DNA of 64,000 nucleotides from Nemertoderma westbladi. Its lineage: Eukaryota > Animalia > Xenacoelomorpha. Of this stretch, positions 52,501 through 64,000 are shown one piece after another. Within the stretch, counting starts at the first letter, position 1. Each line of letters starts with the position of its first letter. The position numbers and the translations under genes were made by a program. Where the stretch lies: contig JAUCBJ010001045.1 in assembly GCA_032718475.1 (NCBI GenBank), forward strand, positions 1-64,000, written 5' to 3'. The notes under the pieces were generated by a model, which worked only from the letters and a program-made list of their open reading frames with translations, was not told where the DNA came from and searched no databases.

Positions 52501-55500
52501 CTTCCACAGTAAACCCATCCACTATGTTTCCTAAAGGAATACCTATTCACCATCATGGGTGATCTTCCACAGTAAACCCATCCACTCTGTTTCCTAAAGG
52601 AATGCCTATTCACCACCATGGGTGATCTTCCACAGTAAACCCATCCACTCTGTTTCCTAAAGGAATGCCTATTCACCACCACACCATGGGTAATCTTCCA
52701 CAGTAAACCCATCCACTCTGTTTCCTAAAGGAATGCCTATTCACCACCATGGGTGATCTTCCACAGTAAACCCATCATCTCTGTTTCCTAAAGGAATGCC
52801 ATTCACCACCATGGGTGATCTTCCACAGTAAACCCATCCACTCTGTTTCCTAAAGGAATACCTATTCACCACCATGGGTGATCTTCCACAGTAAACCCAT
52901 CCACTCTGTTTCCTAAAGGAATGCCTATTCACCACCATGGGTGATCTTCCACAGTAAACCCATCCACTCTCTTTTCTAAAGGAATACCTATTCACCACCA
53001 TGGGTGATCTTCCACAGTAAACCCATCCACTCTGTTTCCTAAAGGAATTCCTATTCACCACCATGGGCAATCTTCCACAGTAAACCCATCCACTCTGTTT
53101 CCTAAAGGAATACCTATTCACCACCATAGGTGATCTTCCCACCACCATGGGTGACCTTCCACAGTAAACCCTTCCACCCTGTTTCCTAAAGGAATACCTA
53201 TTCACCACTATGGGTGATCTTCCACAGTAAACCCATCCACTCTGTTTCCTAAAGGAATGCCTATTCACCACCATGGGTGATCTTCCACAGTAAACACATC
53301 ATCTCTGTTTCCTAAAGGAATGCCATTCACCACCATGGGTGATCTTCCACAGTAAACCCATCCACTGTGTTTCTTAAAGGAATACATATTCACCACCATG
53401 GGTGATCTTCCACAGTAAACCCATCCCCTCTGTTTCCTTAAGGAATGCCTGTTCACCACCATGGGTAATCTTCCACAGTAAACCCATCCACTCTGTTTCC
53501 TAAAGGAATACCTATTCACCACCTTGGGTGATCTTCCACAGTAAACCCATCCCCTCTGTTTCCTTAAGGAATGCCTGTTCACCACCATGGGTAATCTTCC
53601 ACAGTAAACCCATCCACTCAGTTTCCTAAAGGAATACCTATTCACCACCATGGGTGATCTTCCACAGTCCACTCTGTTTCCTAAAGGAATACCTATTCAC
53701 CACCTTGGGTGATCTTCCACAGTAAACCTATCCCCTCTGTTTCCTTAAGGAATGCCTGTTCACCACCATGGGTAATCTTCCACAGTAAACCCATCCACTC
53801 TGTTTCCTAAAGGAATACCTATTCACCACCATGGGTGATCTTCCACAGTCCACTCTGTTTCCTAAAGGAATACCTATTCACCACCTTGGGTGATCTTCCA
53901 CAGTAAACCTATCCCCTCTGTTTCCTTAAGGAATGCCTGTTCACCACCATGGGTGATCTTCCACAGTGAACCCATCCACTCTGTTTCCTAAAGGAATACC
54001 TATTCACCACCTTGGGAGATCTTCCACAGTAAACCCATCCCCTGTTTCCTTAAGGAATGCCTGTTCACCACCATGGGTAATCTTCCACAGTAAACCCATC
54101 CACTCTGTTTCCTAAAGGAATGCCTATTCACCACCATGGGTGATCTTCCACAGTAAACCCATCCCCTCTGTTTCCTTAAGGAATGCCTGTTCACCACCAT
54201 GGGTAATCTTCCACAGTAAACCCATCCACTCTGTTTCCTAAAGGAATACCTATTCACCACCTTGGGTGATCTTCCACAGTAAACCCATCCCCTCTGTTTC
54301 CTAAAGGAATACCTATTCACCACCTTGGGTGATCTTCCACAGTAAACCCATCCACTCTGTTTCCTAATGGAATGCCTATTCACCACCATGGGTGATCTTC
54401 CACAGTAAACCCATCCACTCTGTTTCCTAAAGGAATGCCTATTCACCACCATGGGTGATCTTCCACAGTAAACCCTTCCACTCTGTTTCCTAAAGGAATG
54501 CCTATTCACCACCATGGGTGATCTTCCACAGTAAACCCTTCCACTCTGTTTCCTAAAGGAATACCTATTCACCACCATGGGTGATCTTCCACAGTCCACT
54601 CTGTTTCCTAAAGGAATACCTATTCACCACCTTGGGTGATCTTCCACAGTAAACCCATCCACTCTGTTTCCTAAAGGAATGCCTATTCACCACCATGGGT
54701 GATCTTCCACAATAAACCCATCCACTCTGTTTCCTAAAGGAATGCCTATTCACCACCATGGGTGATCTTCCACAGTAAACCCATCCACTCTGTTTCCTAA
54801 AGGAATGCCTATTCACCACCATGGGTGATCTTCCACAGTAAACCCATCCACTATGTTTCTTTAAGGAATGCCTGTTCACCACCATAGGTAATCTTCCACA
54901 GTAAACCCATCCACTCTGTTTCCTAAAGGAATACCTATTCACCACCTTGGGTGATCTTCCACAGTAAACCCATCCCGTCTGTTTCCTTAAGGAATGCCTG
55001 TTCACCACCATGGGTAATCTTCCTCAGTAAACCCATCCACTCTGTTTCCTAAAGGAATACCTATTCACCACCTTGGGTGATCTTCCACAGTAAACCCATC
55101 CCCTCTGTTTCCTTAAGGAATGCCTGTTCACCACCATGGGTGATCTTCCACAGTAAACCCTTCCACTCTGTTTCATTAAGGAATGCCTGTTCACCACCAT
55201 GGGTGATCTTACACAGTAAACCCTTCCACTCTGTTTCCTAAAGGAATGCCTATTCACCACCATGGGTGATCTTCCACAGTAAACCCTTCCACTCTGTTTC
55301 CAAAAGGAATGCCTATTCACCACCATGGGTGATCTTCCACAGTAAACCCTTCCACTCTGTTTCCAAAAGGAATGCCTATTCACCACCATGGGTGATCTTC
55401 CACAGTAAACCCATCCCCTCTGTTTCCTTAAGGAATGCCGGTTCACCACAATAGGTGATCTTCCACAGTAAACCCATCCACTCTGTTTCATTAAGGAATG

Positions 55501-56228
55501 CCTGTTCACCACCATGGGTGATCTTACACAGTAAACCCTTCCACTCTGTTTCCTAAAGGAATGCCTATTCACCACCATGGGTGATCTTCCACAGTAAACC
55601 CTTCCACTCTGTTTCCAAAAGGAATGCCTATTCACCACCATGGGTGATCTTCCACAGTAAACCCATCCCCTCTGTTTCCTTAAGGAATGCCGGTTCACCA
55701 CAATAGGTGATCTTCCACAGTAAACCCATCCCCTCTGTTTCCTTAAGGAATGCCTGTTCACCACAATGGGTGATCTTCCACAGTAAACCCATCCCCTCTG
55801 TTTCATTAAGGAATGCCTGTTCACCACCATGGGTGATCTTCCACAGTAAACCCTTCCACTCTGTTTCCTAAAGGAATGCCTATTCACCACCATGGGTGAT
55901 CTTCCACAGTAAACCCATCATCTCTGTTTCCTAAAGGAATGCCATTCACCACAATAGGTGATCTTCCACAGTAAACCCATCCCCTCTGTTTCCTTAAGGA
56001 ATGCCTGTTCACCACAATGGGTGATCTTCCACAGTAAACCCATCCCCTCTGTTTCATTAAGGAATGCCTGTTCACCACCATGGGTGATCTTCCACAGTAA
56101 ACCCTTCCACTCTGTTTCCTAAAGGAATACCTATTCACCACCATGGTTGATCTTCCACAGTAAACCCATCCACTCTGTTTCCTAAAGGAATGCCTATTCA
56201 ACACCATGGTTGATCTTCCACAGTAAAC
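46536..56228. repeat. 63-bp satellite array, ~9.7 kb, ~150 copies, with higher-order structure
   Basis: Unit AAAGGAATGCCTATTCACCACCATGGGTGATCTTCCACAGTAAACCCATCCACTCTGTTTCCT, head-to-tail with no spacers. Confidence 0.97.
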
Positions 56229-56309
56229 TCTTAATCCATTAAATGATTAAGATTCAATTCATTAATTAAATAGTAAATTGCGAGATGTAATATCATTCGA
56301 TGTAAAAAA

Positions 56310-56656
56310 TTATCCACCAGTAACAACAGTACTGATATTATAGGAGTCTATGTATCCCTTAGGTAGAGTACTCGGTGCACCTGTGAGCAGATCTCGGCCC
56401 TCGGAAGACTTGGGGAACGCGATGACGTCACGTATCGAGGGGACCCCCATAGTGATGGCGAGTAGTCTGTCCAATCCGATTGCGATACCGGCGTGGGGCG
56501 GAGCACCGTGGTTGAGAGCCGTTAGTAGATGGGGGAGTGAGTTCGGATCGACTCCCACGACCGATTCCAGGATGAACCGCTGGAGGGCGCTGTCGTGTAT
56601 GCGCACGGAACCGCCACCGATTTCGCACCCGTTGAGAACCAAATCGAAGTGTTGGC
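56310..56656 (-). CDS. DARS2: Mitochondrial aspartyl-tRNA synthetase, terminal exon
   Basis: Acceptor ttgcag| at 56656; QHFDLVLNGCEIGGGSVRIH and motif 3 GAPPHAGIAIGLDRL...SIRDVIAFPK. Confidence 0.94.
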
Positions 56657-56859
56657 CTGCAAAGTTATAATAATAATATTTAGGAAGAAAATTACACAAT
56701 AAATATAATTCATAAAATTATTCGAGTAATTGCGAAATCCATATTATACTTAAAATATAGCTAGAGATTTATGTTTTCGCCGTGTCCATCGTAAACTGTT
56801 TTATTGAAATACTTTAAGATTACATATCCCTCTTAGTATTGAAAATATGCTGTATAACC

Positions 56860-57150
56860 GCATGACACCAGACACTATATTATAACATTGGAGTTGTCTC
56901 ATTGGTCCCCACAGCTGTACACTTGAACGGTACCGCCTCCGCTTTGCAGGACATTGCTTTCGCCGTGAGGACCAGCCTACAATCTAGTGTTTTGGCAAAA
57001 TAAGCATGGTGGGCAGCCCATGACTTTCTTGAGACGCATCTTAAAGGAAACTGGCTTTGAAGATGCGGATGATCTCGCGAAAGTCATGAGCAATAGCGAT
57101 TGAATGAATATAGACACCGGGGCGTCAAGCCGGAAGTGAAATGAAATTTA
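56860..57150 (+). mobile_element. RTE LINE 3' fragment in DARS2 intron
   Basis: Shares CGCCTCCGCTTTGCAGGACATTGCTTTCGCCGTGAGGACCAGCC with 62548-62590. Confidence 0.7.
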
Positions 57151-57434
57151 GACTTGACAGCTAAAGACGGATAGTTTACAACGAAACTGAAGACGCAACC
57201 ATGGATATGGCCACAAACGTTAACACAAAAGCTATCGCTGATAAATTGTGGTTTGGCCAAATATCTCTATCGCTACCACTGTACGCGTAATGTGGCCCCT
57301 AATTATAGGATTTTACATAAACTGAACTTTTAATATCGTTGACTGTTATTGACAGACTACCCTTATATAAAATTCAGCGTTGTCCATCGAAATTTACAAA
57401 ATATTCAATCAGCAGTGATGCTCCACTTACAATT

Positions 57435-59128
57435 AAATGGCTGAGCATAAAAAGGTCCCATGTGACAAAAGTGTCATTCGGAGATAATCACACTTTTGCG
57501 TTTTTTTTTACCTACACATTACAGTTGATGTTGGCATTCTGTATTTTTGCATGCAAGTACAGGGATGTATTTCAAAATATTTACTTTCAAAATTTTTTTT
57601 TAAAAAACTTCAAAATTGTTTTGCATTATATCAGGCAGTATTGTACATAAGGGGGCGTTCATAAAATATGTCACGCAAAAATGGGGGCGTTCATAAAGTA
57701 TGTCACGCAAATATGGGGGCGTTCATAAAGTATGTCACACAAATATGGGGGCGTTCATAAAGTATGTCACGCAAATATGGGGGCGTTCATAAAGTATGTC
57801 ACGCAAAAATGGGGGCGTTCATAAAGTATGTCACGCAAATATGGGGGCGTTCATAAAGTATGTTACGCAAATATGGGGGCGTTCATAAAGTATGTCACGC
57901 AAATATGGGGGCGTTCATAAAGTATGTCACGCAAATATGGGGGCGTTCATAAAGTATGTCACGCAAATATGGGGGCGTTCATAAAGTATGTCACGCAAAC
58001 ATGGGGGCGTTCATAAAGTATGTCACGCAAATATGGGGGCGTTCATAAAGTATGTCACGCAAATATGGGGGCGTTCATAAAGTATGTCAAGCAAATATGG
58101 GGGCGTTCATAAAGTATGTCACGCAAATATGGGGGCGTTCATAAAGTATGTCACGCAAATATGGGGGCGTTCATAAAGTATGTCACGCAAATATGGGGGC
58201 GTTCATAAAGTATGTCACGCAAATATGGGGGCGTTCATAAAGTATGTCACGCAAATATGGGGGCGTTCATAAAGTATGTCACGCAAATATGGGGGCGTTC
58301 ATAAAGTATGTCACGCAAATATGGGGGCGTTCATAAAGTATGTCACGCAAAAATGGGGGCGTTCATAAAGTATGTCACGCAAATATGGGGGCGTTCATAA
58401 AGTATGTCACGCAAATATGGGGGCGTTCATAAAGTATGTCACGCAAAAATGGGGGCGTTCATAAAGTATGTCACGCAAATATGGGGGCGTTCATAAAGTA
58501 TGTCACGCAAATATGGGGGCGTTCATAAAGTATGTCACGCAAATATGGGGGCGTTCATAAAGTATGTCACGCAAATATGGGGGCGTTCATAAAGTATGTC
58601 ACGCAAATACGGGGGCGTTCATAAAGTATGTCACGCAAATATGGGGGCGTTCATAAAGTATGTCACGCAAATATGGGGGCGTTCATAAAGTATGTCACGC
58701 AAAAATGGGGGCGTTCATAAAGTATGTCACGCAAATATGGGGGCGTTCATAAAGTATGTTACGCAAATATGGGGGCGTTCATAAAGTATGTCACGCAAAT
58801 ATGGGGGCGTTCATAAAGTATGTCACGCAAATATGGGGGCGTTCATAAAGTATGTCACGCAAGCTCGACCCCCCCCCCCCCCCCCCCCCCACCCGACATA
58901 CTTTATGGACGCCCCCTAAGACATTTTTTGTTTATGTCTATGCGATTTTTACTGTAGGCCCTACACCTACTATAGGACTATTTTACTCCAAGATATCAGG
59001 CACAGGCAGTATTGTTCAATGATCTCAGAACCTTATTGGTAAGTTAAGTTGAGTCTCATAGGACCTCTGTAGTATAACTCTGATTCTAAGAAAATGTCAC
59101 ATAGGACCTTTTTTATGCTCAGCCCTTC
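57435..59128. mobile_element. Sola1-like MITE (AATT TSD) in DARS2 intron
   Basis: TIR core GGCTGAGCATAAAAAGGTCC.ATGTGACA at both ends; AATT at 57431-57434 and 59129-59132. Confidence 0.65.
57651..58916. mobile_element. Harbinger-type MITE (TAA TSD) whose left TIR is amplified as a 32-bp array (~38 copies)
   Basis: TAA|GGGGGCGTTCATAAA.TATGTCACG repeats to ~58862; single right TIR GACATACTTTATGGACGCCCCC|TAA. Confidence 0.85.
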
Positions 59129-59668
59129 AATTCAAACTACTCAAATAGCCAAATAGTTTGTTATTATTAAGCAATAATACTTAATATATCAGATAAAACT
59201 CAAAAGTGAGATCATTGTAAATTAACTCACACTTATTTTCCTCACACTGCTTCTCCACTTACGTACACGACATACCCAATTCCGATTCCACATACGGCCT
59301 TTCCACTTTCCCTAAACTATAAAACCTTGATGCCCTCCTTGTCTCTTCGAAAGACACATTGCACAAACCTAAAGTCGGTAGTGCAAGTGCAAGCAACTCT
59401 TACAGTGACACTGAGACAATGTCCGTGGAAGATACTGGCGAAAATTGACCTCAAGTGAAATAAACATTAAGTTTCTTGTGTTTTAGTTAGAAAACACCAC
59501 CACTCTAACCTGCTAATTCCCCTTAATTATATTTTAAGTTAAATTAAACTAATTTTTAAATATACTAAACAGCTGGTCACACTATTATTATATATAGTAT
59601 ATATAGTATACTATATAGTATTATTATATATATATTATCTAGTATTAATGTAATCAATAGCAACCAAC

Positions 59669-60686
59669 CGATAGATAATCCCGGATCAGTGTAAACAATA
59701 TCAACGTGACCCGGAAGGGGCGCCGTGAAGGGATGATGAGCGGCCTGCCAGCCGGTCCCTCCCGTCCCGTCGGAAGCGAAAAACAGAGGGAAATCCGTGA
59801 CCCAGACGAACCCGAGCCGATCCGAGGGGGACAACCTTGTCGATAGCAGCCGAGATCGTAGACTCCCGAGAGATCGCAACGAGGAATCAGGGTCGCCGAG
59901 TGCCACAACGAGAATGTCCCCGGGGTTCAAGTCGACATGACGCCGAAGAGAAGAAACATCTACAAACTCACTAGGAACCCCAACAAACTCTGAGTTCTCA
60001 TTAAATTCCATTAAAAAAAGTTTACAATTACTTTCAGTTTCCACGATCGATAACAACTCGCTTCGCATTGATTGGTCTATGGTTCGAGCGGGTAGAACAA
60101 ACCCGCGTACAGCGACCCCCTGATTGGTCCCCGCCAAACCGTCCAGGTCTAACAACTCCGACTCCGGTCGGACATCCGGTTTATCCGTCCCGTAGCGATG
60201 AGATGCCTCCGCGTGCGTTATCCGCGGGAACGGGGTTGCTATGGGAATCGGTAGACACCGCTTCAGCGTTTCCTCGACAACTGATATTACGTCATCACTG
60301 TCGGCGAATGACATCTCGATATCGAGTTGAGTGAATTCCATCTGACGATCGGGTTTCCCCCCCTCGTCGCGGAAACATCTCGCCAGTTGGAAGTATCGTT
60401 CCACTCCTCCCGCCATCAGCAGCTGTTTGTAAATCTGCGGGCTCTGGGGCAGCGCATAGAAGCGGCCCGATTCGCGGCTCGGCACCACCAGCTCCTGAGC
60501 GCCCCCTAGCGTGAGTCGTCCCAGCATCGGGGTGTCCACCTCGACGAACCCCAGTGTCGAAGTTAGGAACTCGCGAGCTCGGTGCACGATACCCGATCTC
60601 TCCCGTAGGCGGCGCTGCCAGGCCGGTGATCGCAGGTCCAGGTATCGATGGCGAAGTCGCGTCGCTTCTGCCACAACGGGCGCATC
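59669..60686 (-). CDS. DARS2: Mitochondrial aspartyl-tRNA synthetase, penultimate exon (upstream exons not identified in window)
   Basis: RLRHRYLDLR, motif 1 GFVEVDTP, YALPQSPQIYKQLLM, motif 2 ARCFRDEG..DRQMEFTQLDIEMSF, HHPFTAP. Phase-1 junction ATCG|gttggt joins the terminal exon in frame. Confidence 0.94.
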
Positions 60687-61479
60687 CTGCACACAAAGGA
60701 GATTTATAGTGACTAAAAGAGACGACGATAAAAATGTTATATTGTGGAAATACGATAAAAGAGCTAAATTTACATTTACATTTAAAATTAGGATGCACCT
60801 TATTTTTTTGACCATAACTTCGCGAGTTTTGATCACATGAAGCTGATTTTTGGCTCATTCTGTTCGGAATATAACGAAACGATTTTATTCAAATCTAATT
60901 TTTCTCTTTCAAAAACCCTGTAAAAAAGGCTTCCTTTTAAAAATTGTGTTCCAACATTCGAGATTTTGCACTCTAATAGACCAATAATTGCTGGTTTCAA
61001 AAATATAGGTTAATAAGTTTTTATTTAACGGCAATGCAAAAGTTACTGGAATACAAGTTTCTGAAAGTGAAATACAGACGTACTGTATATAAATCGAATA
61101 TGTCGTTCTATTTTTAAGTTTCGAAGTTTTATTAATTAGAAATTGTATAAATTATACCTGACCGGTTGTAGGAATCGTACTGATAACGACTTATGTAGTG
61201 AATCAGTAAATACGTATAGATGAATATGTACAGATATTATAGCTCCAATTATTGAGTTTACTTTATTTCACGCCAAATTGAAAATAAAAGGTGTTATTTC
61301 TTATCGCGTTATTTTAATAACTTGGCATAGATTATTTACAGCCACTATTTACTTACAACTGTACGGTATCTCCATCTACTGTATGACCAAACATTACAAA
61401 GAATGTAACCTAAGAAGCAGAAAATAATTATATATATAAAGAAAAACGTTTTTTTTTTGGAGAATTTGCAAAGTCGGCA

Positions 61480-61552
61480 ATGTCCATGTGGGATCGAAGT
61501 GGTGACCTCCGGGTTGGAAGTCTGACGCTTTACCCATTCAGCTAGCGGCTCA
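61480..61552 (-). mobile_element. tRNA-like SINE head
   Basis: Minus strand GAGCCGCTAGCTGAATGGGTAAAGCG...TTCGATCCCA has A/B-box-like motifs but no intact cloverleaf. Confidence 0.45.
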
Positions 61553-62249
61553 GGTAAAAGATAGACCGGGAAATACTATCTGATACCGGTACCTTGTATG
61601 TCCGCAATTTACCTCCTCATGGACTCCCATCTGTCAATAGCATATGCAGCACTGTGCTCAATGTTGTTCGACGTCATTGCTGACTTTGCAAAAGCCGTGC
61701 CCGACAAAATCTATTTACATCATTGTGTGCAAAGTAGCTCTTTGCAGCGTTATGACCCGAGTTTATTTATGTACCGAGCGAGCGCAGCGAGGGAGGTTTA
61801 CATAAATAAACAAGGGTCTTTAACGCTGAAAAGTGACCTTTGCAAGCAATGATGCATGTAATTTTGTTACATTATGTCAACTTATCAGAGTTCGGTATGT
61901 GAAGAAAGGATTTTATTGATACTCATTTATACATTTCAATCATCTACTATATCGAATATAAGTGAAATTTATTAACAGATACACAGTATTAATTATACAT
62001 TTAAATCGAATTAAAGTTTATTGCAAGTTATCTCCTGCTTGGATGTGATAATCATTAATCCATCTTGACTTTAGTTGACTGAAGCAAACTTATTCACCGT
62101 CTGTGTCCGTTGAGTTTTACTGAACACTGTCGCCATTTTCTTTGGTCATTATTTTAATGTCTTCTAATGGACGTTTCGCCATAATGGATTACAGTACACG
62201 TTAAACACGCTCGTGGGGCCATCGCTCAGGACGAGGCTCAGTTATAAGA

Positions 62250-62700
62250 ATACGTAAGACAAAGGCATGGGCAGCCTTGAATAGGCTTTCCAGGATTTGG
62301 AAGTCACCGAGAATTAATCGGACACTTAAGGTCCGATTATTTAGAGCAGCAGTAGTTCCAGTAGTCCTCTATGGGAGTCCATGCTGGGCTCTAACTGCTG
62401 AGGACACCAAATCTCTGGATGGCACATTCACAAGAATGCTACGCCGGGTTCATTGTGTCAAGTACAATGCACACATCTCCAACCAGACACTATATAACTT
62501 TGGAGGTGTCTCATTGGTTCCCCCAAGCTTGACACTAGAACAAAATCGCCTCCGCTTTGCAGGACATTGCTTTCGCCGTGAGGACCAGCCAGTGCATGAA
62601 TCTTGTACTTTGGCAGCCTCATGGAGTGAATAAGCATGGTGGACAGCCCATGACTTGTCATGACATGATTAAAAATGCAGCTGCAATACAGCATGCCGAT
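62250..62700 (+). pseudogene. RTE-clade LINE 3' coding fragment
   Basis: RLSRIWKS...LKVRLFRAAVVPVVLYGS.CWALT...LDGTFTRMLRR...RLRFAGHCFR. Confidence 0.8.
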
Positions 62701-62984
62701 CCTAGTAGTAGTAGTAGGCTCAGTTATTAGATAGAGATTAAAATTGACCAATTCTATCCCAAAATCGGTACTTAAGAAATTTAAATAAATAATTAAGAAA
62801 ATTTAACCAAAACCAATAAGAATAAATCAAAGAAGAGAAGAAAGATCCCCCCCCCCCCCCCCTTCCTTCAACCGCCCTCTTAATCTGCACTACCCCAACC
62901 CAAAGGAGCACAGAGGATTAATAAAAGGCAGATAAAACAAGCTCACTCTACCTTACACTACTGTCGTGGCTATGTCCTATTGAT

Positions 62985-63300
62985 GTGGGGCGAGCCACGA
63001 AGTGAGTGAGCCTTAGCGTAGTGACCATTAATCAACCTGTGGGGCGAGCCACGAAGTGAGTGAGCCTTAGCGTAGGGGTACCATTAATCAACCTGTGGGG
63101 CGAGCCACGAAGTGAGTGAGCCTTAGCGTAGTGGTACCATTAATCAACCTGTCGTTCTGTCGCGTTTTTTTTCAGTATTTTATTTTAAACGTTAATAACT
63201 CGGCCAATCCTTGATGAAATCTATCCAAACTTGGTACACATGTTGCTTGGCAAAAGTTTGAAAATTTTCCAAGTAGAATTTGCGTGGGGCCTTCGTGCAG
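62985..63300. repeat. Interspersed repeat with triplicated 5' ~55-bp unit; single-unit relative at 12261-12440
   Basis: GTGGGGCGAGCCACGAAGTGAG at 62986, 63039, 63095 and 12263; both copies continue with TTGATGAAAT...AAACTTGGTAC. Confidence 0.75.
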
Positions 63301-64000
63301 CATCAGTGTAACTGTTATTGCAGTTATAATAAATTTATTTATCCAAATTTAAAATGCGTTAAATTATTATTACTGTAGGATAAATCAGCTGTGTTTCTAA
63401 CAAATTTTGCAATTCTGCATGTACCATGTGTACCGGTACTGTCAGGCTGTACTCAATCCCTGAATCGAGAATCCTGCAATCATTCAATACTGCAATACTG
63501 GTCAACCGGTACCATACACTGCAGACATGCCATATCATGCAACCCTTGCGGTGATTATAGTTTAGGCCTAATTCAGTAATTAGCCCAGTAGGCCTACCGG
63601 CACCGGTAATAATAATACTGTAACATAGGCCTAATAGTTTAGATAGTTACCACTAATCATTCAGTCATTGGCACGGTACACCGTATTGCTGTACTGCCGT
63701 TGTAGTGCGCACCGTAGGTACCACCCATGGCCTACTACGTGGCCTACATGAAATTAGCGTAGGCTGACTGTGCTGATTATGGTACTGTCAGACTGTGGTA
63801 CCTAAGCTATATACTGTTAGGTATATTGCTGTATTGGGGTGGGGTTAGGAATAATCCATTTGTTTTAGCATTGAACTGTTGAATCCCCTTATTTATTATA
63901 AAACCATTGGAAATATTCGCAAATGCCGCTCCATTACTGTCTGAAACGCTCCCGACAGTCCGATGCTGCGATGTATCTGGACCCGAGCAGCCGAGTTGCT

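Noticed and set aside
46596-56207. Many minus-strand ORFs of repeated MVVNRHSFRKQSGWVYCGRSP
   Set aside because: Artefact of a 63-bp (21-codon) stop-free unit; frequent frameshifts; SINE-derived.
46536-58916. CRISPR-like arrays (63-bp and 32-bp repeats)
   Set aside because: Head-to-tail units without unique spacers, no cas genes, eukaryotic context.
63923-64000. GC-rich open frame at the window edge (MPLHYCLKR...)
   Set aside because: Too short and truncated; cannot be assigned to DARS2 or another gene.

Overview
AT-rich animal (invertebrate-like) nuclear DNA with GC-rich, intron-poor exons. Host genes: a single-exon class I SAM methyltransferase (+, 3502-4344), a complete 4-exon HEATR5 gene (-, 17924-6780, about 2002 aa), an intronless divergent beta-tubulin (-, 44064-42727) and the last two coding exons of mitochondrial aspartyl-tRNA synthetase DARS2 (-). 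The centre holds a 13.3-kb BEL/Pao LTR element (20442-33705) with near-identical 1.17-kb LTRs. Its intact 1561-codon Gag-protease ORF has lost RT and the integrase core through two in-frame deletions, and it carries an extra 382-codon zinc-knuckle ORF in the env position (one in-frame TGA). The element sits inside a fold-back MITE, which sits inside a hAT-like MITE. Several tandem arrays can be traced to transposon parts: a 9.7-kb 63-bp satellite from a SINE 3' region and a 32-bp array from a Harbinger-type TIR. Two repeat-pair comparisons show TA versus TAGGCCTA at the same site, pointing to widespread excision footprints. All calls are by eye from the sequence and the ORF track; no database searches were run.
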